A DNA stretch of 64,000 nt, from positions 4,560 to 68,559 of the forward strand of contig CAYHNG010000002.1 in NCBI GenBank assembly GCA_964357975.1. Reading direction: 5' to 3'. Of this stretch, positions 1 through 11,302 are shown in pieces (the first letter of the stretch is position 1; every line of letters starts with the position of its first letter). Made by a program: the position numbers and the translations under genes. Source of the DNA: an uncultured Pseudomonadales bacterium (lineage in GTDB: Bacteria > Patescibacteriota > Microgenomatia > UBA1400 > MFAQ01). The notes beneath the pieces were generated by a model. It was not told the DNA's origin. It searched no databases and saw only the letters and a program-made list of their open reading frames with translations.

Positions 1-250
1 TGGCGGAAACATTACTTATAAATCGGCCGGAAATTTGCGTGAAATATTGAAGCAAGTACCTCTTGATCGACTACTTTTGGAGACGGATAGCCCATATTTA
101 CCACCGGAACCTCTCCGGGGAACGGTCAATACCCCCGCTAATGTTAAAATAGTAGCTGAATTCGTAGCCTCCGAACTAAACCTGAATCTCAAGGAGTTGG
201 CAGAAATAACGAGTCAAAACACAAAATGTTTGTATTCCTTAGAAAACTGA
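1..250 (+). CDS. tatD: TatD family hydrolase, C-terminal part (5' end outside the window)
   Basis: Frame open from position 2 (GGNITYK...); contains the TatD motif LLLETDSPYLPP..RG..N.P. Confidence 0.85.
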   Translation, partial: GGNITYKSAGNLREILKQVPLDRLLLETDSPYLPPEPLRGTVNTPANVKIVAEFVASELNLNLKELAEITSQNTKCLYSLEN

Positions 251-1776
251 TCACCAAATACCCACGTGCCAGCCAAAGAGCCCTGGAGATTCTTCCGGGT
301 TTTACCAGCTGGACCTTTATTCTGTTTCCGGTTTGGGGGTCGATCTTTTGGCCAATCGGAGTTGCCTATTTCATTATCGCTTTTAATGTCTACTGGCTCT
401 ACAGATCAACAACCCTAGCCTGGGCCGGAGTGATGTCGTATTACCGGATAAAAGCCTGGGAGAAGTATGACTGGATGGGTGATGTAACCGGTTTTGCAGA
501 TTGGAAAGAGGTGATCCATGTGATCGTTTTACCGACATACAAAGAACCGGGTGAGATATTGGTAAGAACTTTGGAGGCACTGGCAAAACAAACAATTGGC
601 CCAAAACAAATAATTCCCGTGATTGCAATGGAAGAAAGGGCCGGCGAAGAAATAAATGAAGAGAGAAGAACCTTGCTAACCAAAGAATTCGGAGATAAGT
701 TTGCCGGACTCTTTTTTACTTATCACCCGGCTAATCTGACCGGAGAGGTGGTGGGAAAATCCAGCAATGCGTCATGGGCCGGGAAAGAATTCAAAAAAGT
801 GTTGGCCAAGCGATCAGCTTGGAAGATAGATAAAATGACAATCTCGTCTGTGGACTGCGATGTGGCTCTCCATCCGAATCATTTGGCGGCGATAACATAT
901 ATGTTTCTGGACGACCCAAATAGATATCGGAAAATCTGGCAGGGGGCAATCGTTTTTTACAACAACATCGAAAGAATCCCGTGGCCAATGAGAGTATTTA
1001 ACAGGATGAGTAGTGTCATCAACATGGCTCAGCTTTCGCGCCCGGATAGATTAATTAACTTCTCGACTTACACCTTAAGCCTAAAGCTGATGGATGAAAT
1101 CAATTACTGGGATACCGACGTCATTCCGGAAGATTATCGAATATTTTTCAAAACTTATTTTGCTACCAAGGGAGAAGTAGAAGTTGAGCCGATATTCATT
1201 TCCGTCTCGGCCGATGCGGCAGAGGCTAACGGGTTTTGGAGTACTTATACAAATACCTACGAGCAAGTCAAGCGTTGGGCCTGGGGAGCTAGTGATGATG
1301 CCTACATTATCAAAGAATACATTTTGGACACCCAAGCACCTTTTTGGGATAAAACCATCCGTGTGTTCAAAGTAATGGAGGACCACTTTATGTGGCCGGT
1401 TAATTGGTTTATTATTACGGTCGGAGCAAATATGCCACCACTACTGAACACCACCTTTTCTCGAACCGTTATCGGGAGAACGTTGCCTCAAGTATCATCT
1501 GCCATACTAACCTTGTCTTTAATCAGTTTGGCGGCGATGGTATTGATAGACCTGAAGGCAAGACCAAAGGTGGCAGGTCTGTCTGCCTGGAGAAAATTTG
1601 TGGCGCCATTTGAGTTTATCCTTCTGCCGGTAGTAGGGTTCTTCTTTTCGGCTCTGCCCGGACTGGATGCTCACACAAGACTAATGATGGGAAGATACTT
1701 AGAGTACCGGGTAACCGAGAAATCCTTCGGCGGTGCTCAGGACAGGTCCTTCAAGGGGGCTCAGGATAAAAAATAA
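226..1776 (+). CDS. Membrane-bound processive family 2 glycosyltransferase
   Basis: DCD (DxD), PED and QVKRW (QxxRW) motifs; TM helices at both ends. Confidence 0.8.
   Translation: MFVFLRKLITKYPRASQRALEILPGFTSWTFILFPVWGSIFWPIGVAYFIIAFNVYWLYRSTTLAWAGVMSYYRIKAWEKYDWMGDVTGFADWKEVIHVIVLPTYKEPGEILVRTLEALAKQTIGPKQIIPVIAMEERAGEEINEERRTLLTKEFGDKFAGLFFTYHPANLTGEVVGKSSNASWAGKEFKKVLAKRSAWKIDKMTISSVDCDVALHPNHLAAITYMFLDDPNRYRKIWQGAIVFYNNIERIPWPMRVFNRMSSVINMAQLSRPDRLINFSTYTLSLKLMDEINYWDTDVIPEDYRIFFKTYFATKGEVEVEPIFISVSADAAEANGFWSTYTNTYEQVKRWAWGASDDAYIIKEYILDTQAPFWDKTIRVFKVMEDHFMWPVNWFIITVGANMPPLLNTTFSRTVIGRTLPQVSSAILTLSLISLAAMVLIDLKARPKVAGLSAWRKFVAPFEFILLPVVGFFFSALPGLDAHTRLMMGRYLEYRVTEKSFGGAQDRSFKGAQDKK
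1723..1770 (+). repeat. Two degenerate 24-nt units (TCCTTC...GCTCAGGA) encoding the GT2 C-terminal tail
   Basis: tccttcggcggtgctcaggacagg / tccttcaagggggctcaggataaa; peptide SFGGAQDR-SFKGAQDK. Confidence 0.6.
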
Positions 1777-2112
1777 ATGACAAAAAACAAAACAGCGCAG
1801 CAACTACTACTGACCGGATGGGTAATGATTGTGTTTATGGGGATCGTGCTTGCCTGGTTCTGGAAAGTCCTGCCACCTCAACTGCCCTGGTTTTATTCTT
1901 TACCCGGTGGAGAACAACAGCTGATTGGAAAACCGGTTCTGGCGGCAATTTTACTCGGAATGGCAGCTGTGGTGGGAATAACGAGAGTCTTGGCTTCATG
2001 GGCAGGTAAAGGAGATGTTCCGGTGGAGACAACCATTATGGCTGGTTCACTTCTGGTGGTAAGTTTGGTAGCTGCCGGCTTTTTTAGAGTGATACAAATC
2101 TTTGCCTTATGA
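1777..2112 (+). CDS. Small 3-TM hypothetical membrane protein
   Basis: Three hydrophobic segments; abuts both neighbours; LPPQLPWFYSLP loop. Confidence 0.7.
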   Translation: MTKNKTAQQLLLTGWVMIVFMGIVLAWFWKVLPPQLPWFYSLPGGEQQLIGKPVLAAILLGMAAVVGITRVLASWAGKGDVPVETTIMAGSLLVVSLVAAGFFRVIQIFAL

Positions 2113-3206
2113 TTAACCCGGTAATTACCGTCTTTCCCTTCATCATTTCTTTTTTAATTAGTTTGGTGATTACGCCTCTGACAGTAATCTGGTTTTCCAA
2201 AATGGGATGGGTGATAGACCCAAAAAAGACACCACACCCGGCACACATTCACAAAGAACCCGTTCCCAAAGGTGGTGGTTTACCGATTTTTGTGGCAGTT
2301 GTTTTGACTTTAGCGATTTTTCTAAAGTGGGACAAACATTTAATCGCCATTGGAATTGCATCGCTTCTGGTCTTGGTGACAGGATTGGTTGATGACATCA
2401 AAGGTCTAAACCCCTACTTAAGACTAACGATAAATTTTGTGGCAGTAGGGATAATAGTGGCCTCAGGTATTGGAATTGCCTATGTGTCCAATCCCTTTGG
2501 GGGAATAATTGACTTGTCTCAGCTACGCTGGGGGTTTGAATTATGGGGAAAACATCATGAGATTTGGGTGCTGGCCGATCTGTTCGCTCTCTTGTGGATT
2601 CCGGTGTTGATGAATGCCATCAACTGGTCTTCCGGGGTTGACGGTCAAATTACCGGGGTGGTCTCGATTGCCGCAATAGCCTTAGGAATGATCTCGCTTA
2701 GTTTCAGTTCCGATATTACCCAGTGGCCGGTAGCAACACTGGCCTTTGCACTTTCCGGCGCTTTTGCCGGTTTAACCATTTTTCATTTTTTCCCACAAAA
2801 AATAATGCCGGGTTATTCGGCCACCTCTCTGGCCGGACTACTTCTTGGAGTGATATCAATTCTGGCCACAGCCAAAGTAGGAACCGTGCTGGTGGTGCTA
2901 GGGGTGCCACTGGTAGATTTTATTTACCTGGTAACAAAAAGAATTCTTTCCGGAAAGTCTCCGGTCTGGGGTGATAAAAGCCACCTGCATCACAAGTTGC
3001 TGGAGATAGGCTGGGGGAAGAGGCGGATTGCCTTGTTCTACTGGCTAATTACGGCGATATTGGGAGTGGCGGCAGTGAGAGTTGAGGCTAGAAGTAAGCT
3101 GACGATCATGATAGGATTGGTAATATTAATGTTGGTTTTCGTACTATGGCAATATTCTTGGCATTTCTCAAAGAAATCAGGCCGCGACAGTGGGTCAAAA
3201 ATCTAA
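2109..3206 (+). CDS. MraY/WecA/TagO-family polyprenyl-phosphate HexNAc-1-phosphate transferase (GT4)
   Basis: PKGGG, GLVDD, NAINW.SGVDG, FFPQKIMPG and HLHHKL motifs; polytopic. Confidence 0.85.
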   Translation: MINPVITVFPFIISFLISLVITPLTVIWFSKMGWVIDPKKTPHPAHIHKEPVPKGGGLPIFVAVVLTLAIFLKWDKHLIAIGIASLLVLVTGLVDDIKGLNPYLRLTINFVAVGIIVASGIGIAYVSNPFGGIIDLSQLRWGFELWGKHHEIWVLADLFALLWIPVLMNAINWSSGVDGQITGVVSIAAIALGMISLSFSSDITQWPVATLAFALSGAFAGLTIFHFFPQKIMPGYSATSLAGLLLGVISILATAKVGTVLVVLGVPLVDFIYLVTKRILSGKSPVWGDKSHLHHKLLEIGWGKRRIALFYWLITAILGVAAVRVEARSKLTIMIGLVILMLVFVLWQYSWHFSKKSGRDSGSKI

Positions 3207-4075
3207 GCTTGTTTGCAGCACTGATATTTGCGGGGCTTCTTTTTCAAGAAGGGGCCTTTGGTAAAGTCTTGCAAGCGTTTTTCGTTTTCACTATTTTTAG
3301 TAGTGTCACCTATCTTTTTAACGACTTAGTGGACATCGAAGCAGATCGGAAACACCCTTACAAAAAATTTAGACCGATCGCCAGTGGAGAACTACCGGTA
3401 CCGATAGCGGTAACCGCACTGATAGTAGGGATAATTACCGGTTTGGCTTGGGCCTATGGACTGAACTATTATCTGTTTATCAGCGGGGTGACTTATTTGC
3501 TGATTCAGGTGGCTTATACCAAGTACCTCAAAAATATCCCCATCATAGACGTAATTGTGATTGCTTCCGGATATCTAATTCGAGTTTACGCGGGTGCCCT
3601 CACAATTTCGGCTCATATGGACGTTTGGTTCCTCATGACGGTGATAGCGGCATCCCTGTTCCTGGCTGTCGGTAAAAGAAGAGGAGAGATGACTCTATTG
3701 CTTCACTATAAAGAAACGGAGACCAGAGCGACTCTCAAAAGATACACCGAGCATTTACTGGATATATATACGGCAATGTTTGCTACCGGGACCTGGATCA
3801 CCTACGCCCTGTTTACCTTTAACCAACCCAAGATTGTACCGGACGGCAGAGCTTTACAACTGATTTCGATTTTGCCAAAAACTTTGATATCCGAAAAATG
3901 GATGATGATTACAATTCCGTTTGTGGTGTACGGCATCATGAGATACCTACAATTAATCTACGAAAGGAACGAAGGAGAGAGTCCGGAGAGAGTTCTTTTG
4001 TCCGATAAGCCACTGATGATTACCGGTGTAAGCTGGGCGGTGATGGTGATAGGGGTGCTTTATTACATCGGTTAA
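3146..4075 (+). CDS. UbiA-family prenyltransferase (decaprenyl-phosphate phosphoribosyltransferase-like)
   Basis: RPRQWVKN, YLFNDLVDIEADRKHP.K.FRPIASG, LAVGKRR motifs. Confidence 0.85.
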   Translation: MAIFLAFLKEIRPRQWVKNLSLFAALIFAGLLFQEGAFGKVLQAFFVFTIFSSVTYLFNDLVDIEADRKHPYKKFRPIASGELPVPIAVTALIVGIITGLAWAYGLNYYLFISGVTYLLIQVAYTKYLKNIPIIDVIVIASGYLIRVYAGALTISAHMDVWFLMTVIAASLFLAVGKRRGEMTLLLHYKETETRATLKRYTEHLLDIYTAMFATGTWITYALFTFNQPKIVPDGRALQLISILPKTLISEKWMMITIPFVVYGIMRYLQLIYERNEGESPERVLLSDKPLMITGVSWAVMVIGVLYYIG

Positions 4076-4171
4076 TCTAGCGGACCCAGTTCTTTAAGTT
4101 CTTTTGCGACAGAAACTTCTTCGTCACCGCCAATTTTACCCAAAGAAATGACGAGGGCGTGTCAAGATGAT

Positions 4172-5059
4172 CTATTTTACGATCTTGGCGTATTGAGATG
4201 AGACGAAGCCCCACGATCCCTTGAGATACTCGATACTGTACCAGCCTGCAGTGGATTCTGATTCCTTGTAGGCGAAGGTATCACCGGGATTAACCTTGGC
4301 CAATTCGGTACCGGCGGTTGAAGCGGTCTCGCGGACCTTGAGCCAACCGGTGGGGGTGTTAAGAATCTCGACATAGGGTTTGACAGTGGCGGAAGAAGTG
4401 GCCTGTTTGGGAAGTGGAGTAATGACGACAGTACCGGTAGGCTTGGGAGTAAGAGTGGCAGAGGGCGTCGCCAAAGGTGTGGGTGTGGGAGTTGGCACAA
4501 TTTCCATGGTCGCCATCGTTAGGTTAAGAACCAGTCGATAACCTGTCTGGACAGCGGCATTAACAATTTTGTCCTGAAAGCCAGGTGCCGCAAACGAGAA
4601 AACATGAGGGCCGGGAGCGATATCGGCTGTCACCGGAGTGAAGCCAGCGGGTTTACCATCGATGCTGACTGTCGCATTAGCGGGAAGGCTGATGACGTTT
4701 ACGGAGGAATCTTTGTTGTTGGCCAACTTTTCAAAGGAAAGCGTGTAGCTATGAGATCGGTCCGGAGTGGAACCAAATTCGCGGTGAACGGTGGTGAGAG
4801 TTCCGCTGACCAGGTTGACTTTGGCTTCCCATGATTGGCCGGAGTCGATGGCGGTCATCTGGATGGTAGTAAGGCCGGGCGAGAGGTTCTCGTCGTAAAA
4901 GGGAGTTTTGCTAACCGACTTTCCATTGATGACTATGTTGGCGTCTGGGTGAGAGGTAATTTGGATACCGGATTTCTTGGCAAATGGATTGAGCTGGCAC
5001 CCAGCAAGAAAAATAGAGAATAACAGGATGGGCAGTGTGCGTAAAAGACGTGACCTCAT
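4172..5059 (-). CDS. Putative lipoprotein with two PEGA-like domains and a C-terminal bacterial SH3 domain
   Basis: LAGC lipobox; ITSHPDA.IVING..V.KTP and SLPANATVSIDG repeats; PT-rich linker; GWLKVRE...GWY...GFVS. Confidence 0.75.
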   Translation of the reverse strand: MRSRLLRTLPILLFSIFLAGCQLNPFAKKSGIQITSHPDANIVINGKSVSKTPFYDENLSPGLTTIQMTAIDSGQSWEAKVNLVSGTLTTVHREFGSTPDRSHSYTLSFEKLANNKDSSVNVISLPANATVSIDGKPAGFTPVTADIAPGPHVFSFAAPGFQDKIVNAAVQTGYRLVLNLTMATMEIVPTPTPTPLATPSATLTPKPTGTVVITPLPKQATSSATVKPYVEILNTPTGWLKVRETASTAGTELAKVNPGDTFAYKESESTAGWYSIEYLKGSWGFVSSQYAKIVK

Positions 5060-5104
5060 ATTATCCTTAGTTTAGCAGAAAATGCTAGAATAGTGCGTGC
5101 AGTT

Positions 5105-5176
5105 GGCCGGATGGCGAAGTGGTAACGCTGAGGTCTGCAAAACCTCCATGCGAGGGTTCGATTCCCTCTCCGGCCT
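5105..5176 (+). tRNA. tRNA-Cys (GCA)
   Basis: Acceptor stem GGCCGGA/TCCGGCC; anticodon arm GAGGT-CTGCAAA-ACCTC; T arm GAGGG-TTCGATT-CCCTC; U discriminator; CCA not encoded. Confidence 0.95.
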
Positions 5177-5721
5177 CAAAGTTTTTCGGTTATTAAATAT
5201 TCGCGCAACTTATTAAGAGCAAGTCTGCGGTGACTGATCCGGTTCTTTTCTTCGATGCTCATTTCGGCGAAGGTTTCAGTGTAACCATCCGGCTGAAAAA
5301 TAGTATCCCAACCGAAGCCGTTAGCCCCTCTTGGTTCGACAATTTGACCAGGAATTTCACCTTCAAAATACTGAATGTCTCTCGTACTATTTAGATATCC
5401 AACAATCACGACGGCTTTGGCGGAGAAGTTGCCAAACCTCTTGGCAATTTGAAAGAGACCATCGTTGCCAATGGTTTTCATAAACCATCTGATGAGAGGG
5501 CCAGGTAGACCGGGTATGGCATCTAGATAAAGAGAGGCGTCGTCGACAATAAAATTGCCGGATTGGTGTCTTTGGGCTTCCACCAACTTGGCTTCGATGA
5601 TTTTTTTGGGATCGACCTCTTGGATTTCAGGTAAATCTATATTTAACTGTTCTATCTCGGGAACAATGAGTTTGGTTTCTTTAAACTTCCCTTCGTTACC
5701 GGTGATATAAAACAGCTTCAT
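5176..5721 (-). CDS. rdgB: Non-canonical purine NTP pyrophosphatase (Ham1/ITPase)
   Basis: ITGNEGK, GLPGP, GFGWD.IF, SHR motifs. Confidence 0.9.
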   Translation of the reverse strand: MKLFYITGNEGKFKETKLIVPEIEQLNIDLPEIQEVDPKKIIEAKLVEAQRHQSGNFIVDDASLYLDAIPGLPGPLIRWFMKTIGNDGLFQIAKRFGNFSAKAVVIVGYLNSTRDIQYFEGEIPGQIVEPRGANGFGWDTIFQPDGYTETFAEMSIEEKNRISHRRLALNKLREYLITEKL

Positions 5722-5723
5722 GA

Positions 5724-6812
5724 TTACTCCAACGCCTTACCCACTTTGATGGTCTCTTCCACCAGTCTATTGGCGTAGCCCCATTCGTTGTCGTACCAAG
5801 CTAAGACTTTGACCATAGTTCCGTCAACTACCCGAGTCATATCCAGATCAACGATGCTGTATTCTGACCGGCCAATAATATCGGAAGAGACAATGGGTTC
5901 GTCTGTCACCGCCAAGATGCCGCGATAGCGTGGTGTTCTGGCGGCGTCGATAAAAATTTGATTTACTTCCTCAACGCTAGTGGCGTGTTGAGTAATAAAA
6001 GTAAAATCGGTGATAGAGCCGGTAAGAACGGGAACACGAAGAGAAATACCGTCAAAAAGCCCCTTTAGCTCCGGAATGGCCTGAGTGGCGGCAATGGCGG
6101 CACCGGTACTGGTGGGAACAATGTTCATGGCCGCGGCGCGGGAGCGGCGAAGATCACGGTGAGAGTTGTCCTGAAGATTTTGATCGTCGGTGTAGCCATG
6201 TACTGTAGTCAACATGGCCTTGAGAATACCAAGTTTTTCGTGAAGAATGTCGGCTACCGGAGCAACACTATTGGTGGTACAAGAAGCATTACTGATAACG
6301 GAAATAACATTGACTCTATCTTTATGAAAGATTTCTTTTTCGTTGACTCCCAAAACAGCAGTCGGGACGCCGGCGCCTTTGGCAGGAGCAGAAAGTACGA
6401 CCATCTTCACGCCACCGCAAATATGAAGAATGGCTTTCTCCAGAGAAGTAAACGCTCCGGTAGACTCGATAACAATTTCGGTGCCATATTTGTCCCAGGG
6501 AATCCGTGAAGGATCTCTTTGGGCCAGAACCGGGATACGCAGTTCTTTCTTGGGATGTTTGATGTTTAGATACCCGAGAAGAGGATTTGCGTCCGAGACT
6601 GCATCCGGTTTCTGAACTTCCTCAGCGGAAATTTCATAGGGGAGTGGACCATAGGAGGTGTCGTATTTAAGGAGATAGGCCCAACCGTGAACTCCCTGTG
6701 ACCCGGAAGTATTGATGGCGACAAGATTGGATTCGTCGAGATGGCTGGCGAGCCAGACACGAGTAGCGGAGCGACCGATACGACCAAAACCGTTGATGGA
6801 AAAATTTATCAT
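5724..6812 (-). CDS. gap: Type I glyceraldehyde-3-phosphate dehydrogenase
   Basis: [24 protein letters not shown]. Confidence 0.97.
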   Translation of the reverse strand: MINFSINGFGRIGRSATRVWLASHLDESNLVAINTSGSQGVHGWAYLLKYDTSYGPLPYEISAEEVQKPDAVSDANPLLGYLNIKHPKKELRIPVLAQRDPSRIPWDKYGTEIVIESTGAFTSLEKAILHICGGVKMVVLSAPAKGAGVPTAVLGVNEKEIFHKDRVNVISVISNASCTTNSVAPVADILHEKLGILKAMLTTVHGYTDDQNLQDNSHRDLRRSRAAAMNIVPTSTGAAIAATQAIPELKGLFDGISLRVPVLTGSITDFTFITQHATSVEEVNQIFIDAARTPRYRGILAVTDEPIVSSDIIGRSEYSIVDLDMTRVVDGTMVKVLAWYDNEWGYANRLVEETIKVGKALE

Positions 6813-6856
6813 AGAGGGCAGTAATAGTAACTAATTAAACTGTAGCACAAGACAAC

Positions 6857-7819
6857 TTACTTGAGGATTTCGAGGAGGGGGTGGGTGCCGGTGGCCAGGA
6901 AGTCGAGCATGGCCCCTCCGCCGGTGCTGACAAAGCCAAAATCCGCGTAATCAAAGCCCAATTCGGAAATGGCCGAAAGAGTGTCACCCCCACCCAAAAT
7001 GGTAAAGGCGGGACTATCTTTGAGGGCCTGGAGTACCTCTTTAGTGGCTTTGGCATGGACTCCATCCTCATACAGCCCCAATGGGCCGTTCATAACGATT
7101 GTTTTAGCTTCAGAGATGGCCTGGAGAAAGAGAGCCGTAGTCTCGGCGTTGACATCGAAGCCATCCGGGGTAAGCTCCTGTGGCTGGGCAAATTTACCCC
7201 CAAGAATTACCTGGTCGAAAAGAGGGGAGATGGTGCGAATAATTTCAAGCTTGTCCTGCTTGGCACCCGAGGCCAAGAGGAGAGTGGGGTGGGCGGGAGC
7301 CTCAAGGAGATTCTTTAGGGTGGAAACTTCCCTATCAAACTGAAGGCCGGTGCGTGTAGGGAGAACTTCGGGTATTGTTTGGAGGCTGGTACAAGGGCGG
7401 TAGTTGGCAAAAGCGTCGTAGACATAAATATCGGCACCCTGGCTCAATTCCTCAGCAAATGCCCTATTGATAGATTCTTCTCGGGAATCAAATCTTAAGT
7501 TTTCCATTAAGGATAAGGGGGATTCCCCTGTCCAGCACTCCCCTGTAGAAAAACCCGAAACAATAAAATGAATATCTTGTTTTATCAATCTTTTTAGCTC
7601 CTCTTGAACCGGGAGGAGGCTAAAATGAGCATCTTTCGCTTCCGGACGGCCAAGATGCCCTATCAGACAGGTGCGATGAGCATTTTCCAAGCAAAATCGA
7701 AGAGTCGGTAAGAGAGCCTCCAGGCGATAGGTGTTTCCTACCCGACCTTCCGCCACAGGCACGTCCAGATCGGCTCTAAGCAAAATATTCTTACCTTTGA
7801 TTTCTTCGGCTGTAATCAT
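6857..7819 (-). CDS. pgk: Phosphoglycerate kinase, shortened (~320 aa; start placed at ATG 7819)
   Basis: RADLDVP, GHLGRP, ENLRF, NGPLG.YE, GGGDT, STGGGA; upstream of gap. Confidence 0.9.
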   Translation of the reverse strand: MITAEEIKGKNILLRADLDVPVAEGRVGNTYRLEALLPTLRFCLENAHRTCLIGHLGRPEAKDAHFSLLPVQEELKRLIKQDIHFIVSGFSTGECWTGESPLSLMENLRFDSREESINRAFAEELSQGADIYVYDAFANYRPCTSLQTIPEVLPTRTGLQFDREVSTLKNLLEAPAHPTLLLASGAKQDKLEIIRTISPLFDQVILGGKFAQPQELTPDGFDVNAETTALFLQAISEAKTIVMNGPLGLYEDGVHAKATKEVLQALKDSPAFTILGGGDTLSAISELGFDYADFGFVSTGGGAMLDFLATGTHPLLEILK

Positions 7820-7882
7820 ATAGATTGAGTTTACCACTGACAGATTTAGGCACAACTTAGGCTGATAAGCAAGGTGATAGAC

Positions 7883-7912
7883 TTGACTTTAGAGGGTCTG
7901 ACATGGTATGAT
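7883..7912 (+). promoter_or_regulatory. Sigma70-like promoter of the M23 peptidase gene
   Basis: TTGACT-N18-TATGAT with a TGn extended -10. Confidence 0.5.
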
Positions 7913-7972
7913 ACCGTTCCGCTTGAGAAGTCAAGCCTTTTTTGTGCCTTACGCGGGCTTTCGCCCGCATCT

Positions 7973-8563
7973 ATGATACAAATCCTACCTCAAAAAAGAA
8001 CGTCGCACCCCCTCTCCAAACTCTTCAGGCCGATGTTCGAAAAAAGAAATCTTAAAGCCGCCTTGGGCGGTATTATTTCCGTTACCTCTCTCGCCTCAGG
8101 TATGTTTTTTATGCCTGGTGATCAGTCAGTGAGAGCTTCGGCAAACATCCAGCCTTTTGATGAGAATATCGTGATTGAGACCAAAAGAAGCATGGTAACG
8201 GTGATCCCGGAAAACACGGGGGTATCTCAGGAATTTCATTATGGCCACGCCGGCTTAGATATTACTGCCCCACTAGGCTCAAAAATCCACCCATTAAAAG
8301 ATGGTGTAGTCGTTCTCATGAGTTTCACCAGATGGGACTATGGTCGCTCAGTGGTTATTGATCACGGAAACGGTATGCAAACCAGATATGCCCACATGGG
8401 AAAGATTTTTGTAGAAGAAGGCGAAAGGGTCACTACCGACATGGTCGTAGGCGAAGTAGGGCTGACAGGTAGAACAACCGGACCCCATCTGCATATCGAG
8501 GTGCTAAAAAATGGCCGAACAGTAAATCCAAGATCGTATTTGTCTCTAGCGAAGACTAACTAA
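7973..8563 (+). CDS. M23 family metallopeptidase (start placed at ATG 7973)
   Basis: HAGLD (HxxxD), YAHM, TGPHLH (HxH); N-terminal hydrophobic anchor. Confidence 0.9.
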   Translation: MIQILPQKRTSHPLSKLFRPMFEKRNLKAALGGIISVTSLASGMFFMPGDQSVRASANIQPFDENIVIETKRSMVTVIPENTGVSQEFHYGHAGLDITAPLGSKIHPLKDGVVVLMSFTRWDYGRSVVIDHGNGMQTRYAHMGKIFVEEGERVTTDMVVGEVGLTGRTTGPHLHIEVLKNGRTVNPRSYLSLAKTN

Positions 8564-8721
8564 AAATTTCAACAGTTTTATGTACTGTTTAGCCTGATTT
8601 ATCAATGGTTTTTGTTGTGTGAATAACTGATATATTTTGTGGATATGTTGACTGTGTTCGTCTGTGTGATAAACTATGGGGTTGGATAAAACTCGGAAGG
8701 ACTCTTACAAGGAGGCTTGGG

Positions 8722-8994
8722 ATGGTACTAATTGTTGTTGGTCGGAACGGTGAAGGACGGCAGAGCTTGATTTCACGAGCAATGAGACTGAATGCCGATT
8801 TAGCTCTTGCTCCGCGTGGTGACATGGCAACGATTGTCTATGGTATATCAAGCACTGCAATAAGGTCATTGGAAACCGAGAGTGCGTCAAAAATCGATTC
8901 AAAAGTCTGCGATCATGCATATCTCCGAACCGAAAATGTTCAGAGTATTTTGGATAGATTGAGGGAAGATGCAAATAACATAATAATTGATTAA
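8722..8994 (+). CDS. Hypothetical 90-aa protein
   Basis: AGGAGG upstream of ATG; followed by a terminator hairpin; no family recognised. Confidence 0.55.
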   Translation: MVLIVVGRNGEGRQSLISRAMRLNADLALAPRGDMATIVYGISSTAIRSLETESASKIDSKVCDHAYLRTENVQSILDRLREDANNIIID

Positions 8995-8996
8995 CT

Positions 8997-9023
8997 AAAG
9001 TCCCGCCGAAAGGCGGGCTTTTT
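8997..9023 (+). terminator. Intrinsic terminator
   Basis: CCCGCC-GAAA-GGCGGG followed by CTTTTT. Confidence 0.8.
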
Positions 9024-9194
9024 ATTGAGTTTTGGGTGTGAAACAAAGGGCTGATAATTCCCTGAACCCATATCAATTCTTTTGATAGCACTATCCACTT
9101 TAAGTTGATGTTCTAATTCGGCACCTATTTCTATTTGCGTATAGTAATTGTGCAACCAACCGAAGGTAAAGAACATCTTGTGTAGACGGATTAT

Positions 9195-9228
9195 CACAAA
9201 AAAGACCCCATGCGGGGTCTTTTTTGTG
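9195..9228 (-). terminator. Bidirectional-type intrinsic terminator downstream of groEL
   Basis: CACAAAAAAGACCCC-ATGC-GGGGTCTTTTTTGTG. Confidence 0.85.
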
Positions 9229-9236
9229 GGTTTTGA

Positions 9237-9270
9237 TGGAGTGAGATTCCTCCACTACGGTCGGAATGAC
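9237..9270. repeat. Palindromic element family A, copy 1 (between groEL stop and terminator)
   Basis: TGGAGTGAGATTCCTCCACTACGGTCGGAATGAC. Confidence 0.85.
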
Positions 9271-9276
9271 GAGTGG

Positions 9277-10926
<1,650 letters not shown>

Positions 10927-10933
10927 TTAATAG

Positions 10934-11242
10934 TTATTTGACTGTGGCGAGAATGTCATCGAATTTGAGAAATTGATATTCGGTATCACCGATCAGAACC
11001 TCGTTACCACCCCATTTTTTGTAGAGGACAGTGTCCCCTGCTTTGGCAGGAGAGCCTATTTCGACACCTCGATCGTTGATTAACTTACCACCGGCGGCGA
11101 GAACTGTGCCGTATTGAGGTTTCTCCTCGTGTGAGTCAGGAAGATAAAGTCCGGAGGCGGTTTTCTTCTCTTGCTTGGCGGGTTCGACCAAGAGAAAGCC
11201 TGGTGCTGGTTGTAATTTTTTGACGGTAAGGGTATTAACCAT
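10934..11242 (-). CDS. groS: Co-chaperonin GroES
   Basis: KTASGLYLPD..EEKPQ.G.V.A.G, GDTVLY.KWGG; upstream of groL. Confidence 0.97.
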   Translation of the reverse strand: MVNTLTVKKLQPAPGFLLVEPAKQEKKTASGLYLPDSHEEKPQYGTVLAAGGKLINDRGVEIGSPAKAGDTVLYKKWGGNEVLIGDTEYQFLKFDDILATVK

Positions 11243-11302
11243 ATTTTGTTAGAGTTAATTGATAAAGATTGATCAAGGAGACTGGTTGAGTATATCAGAA
11301 AA

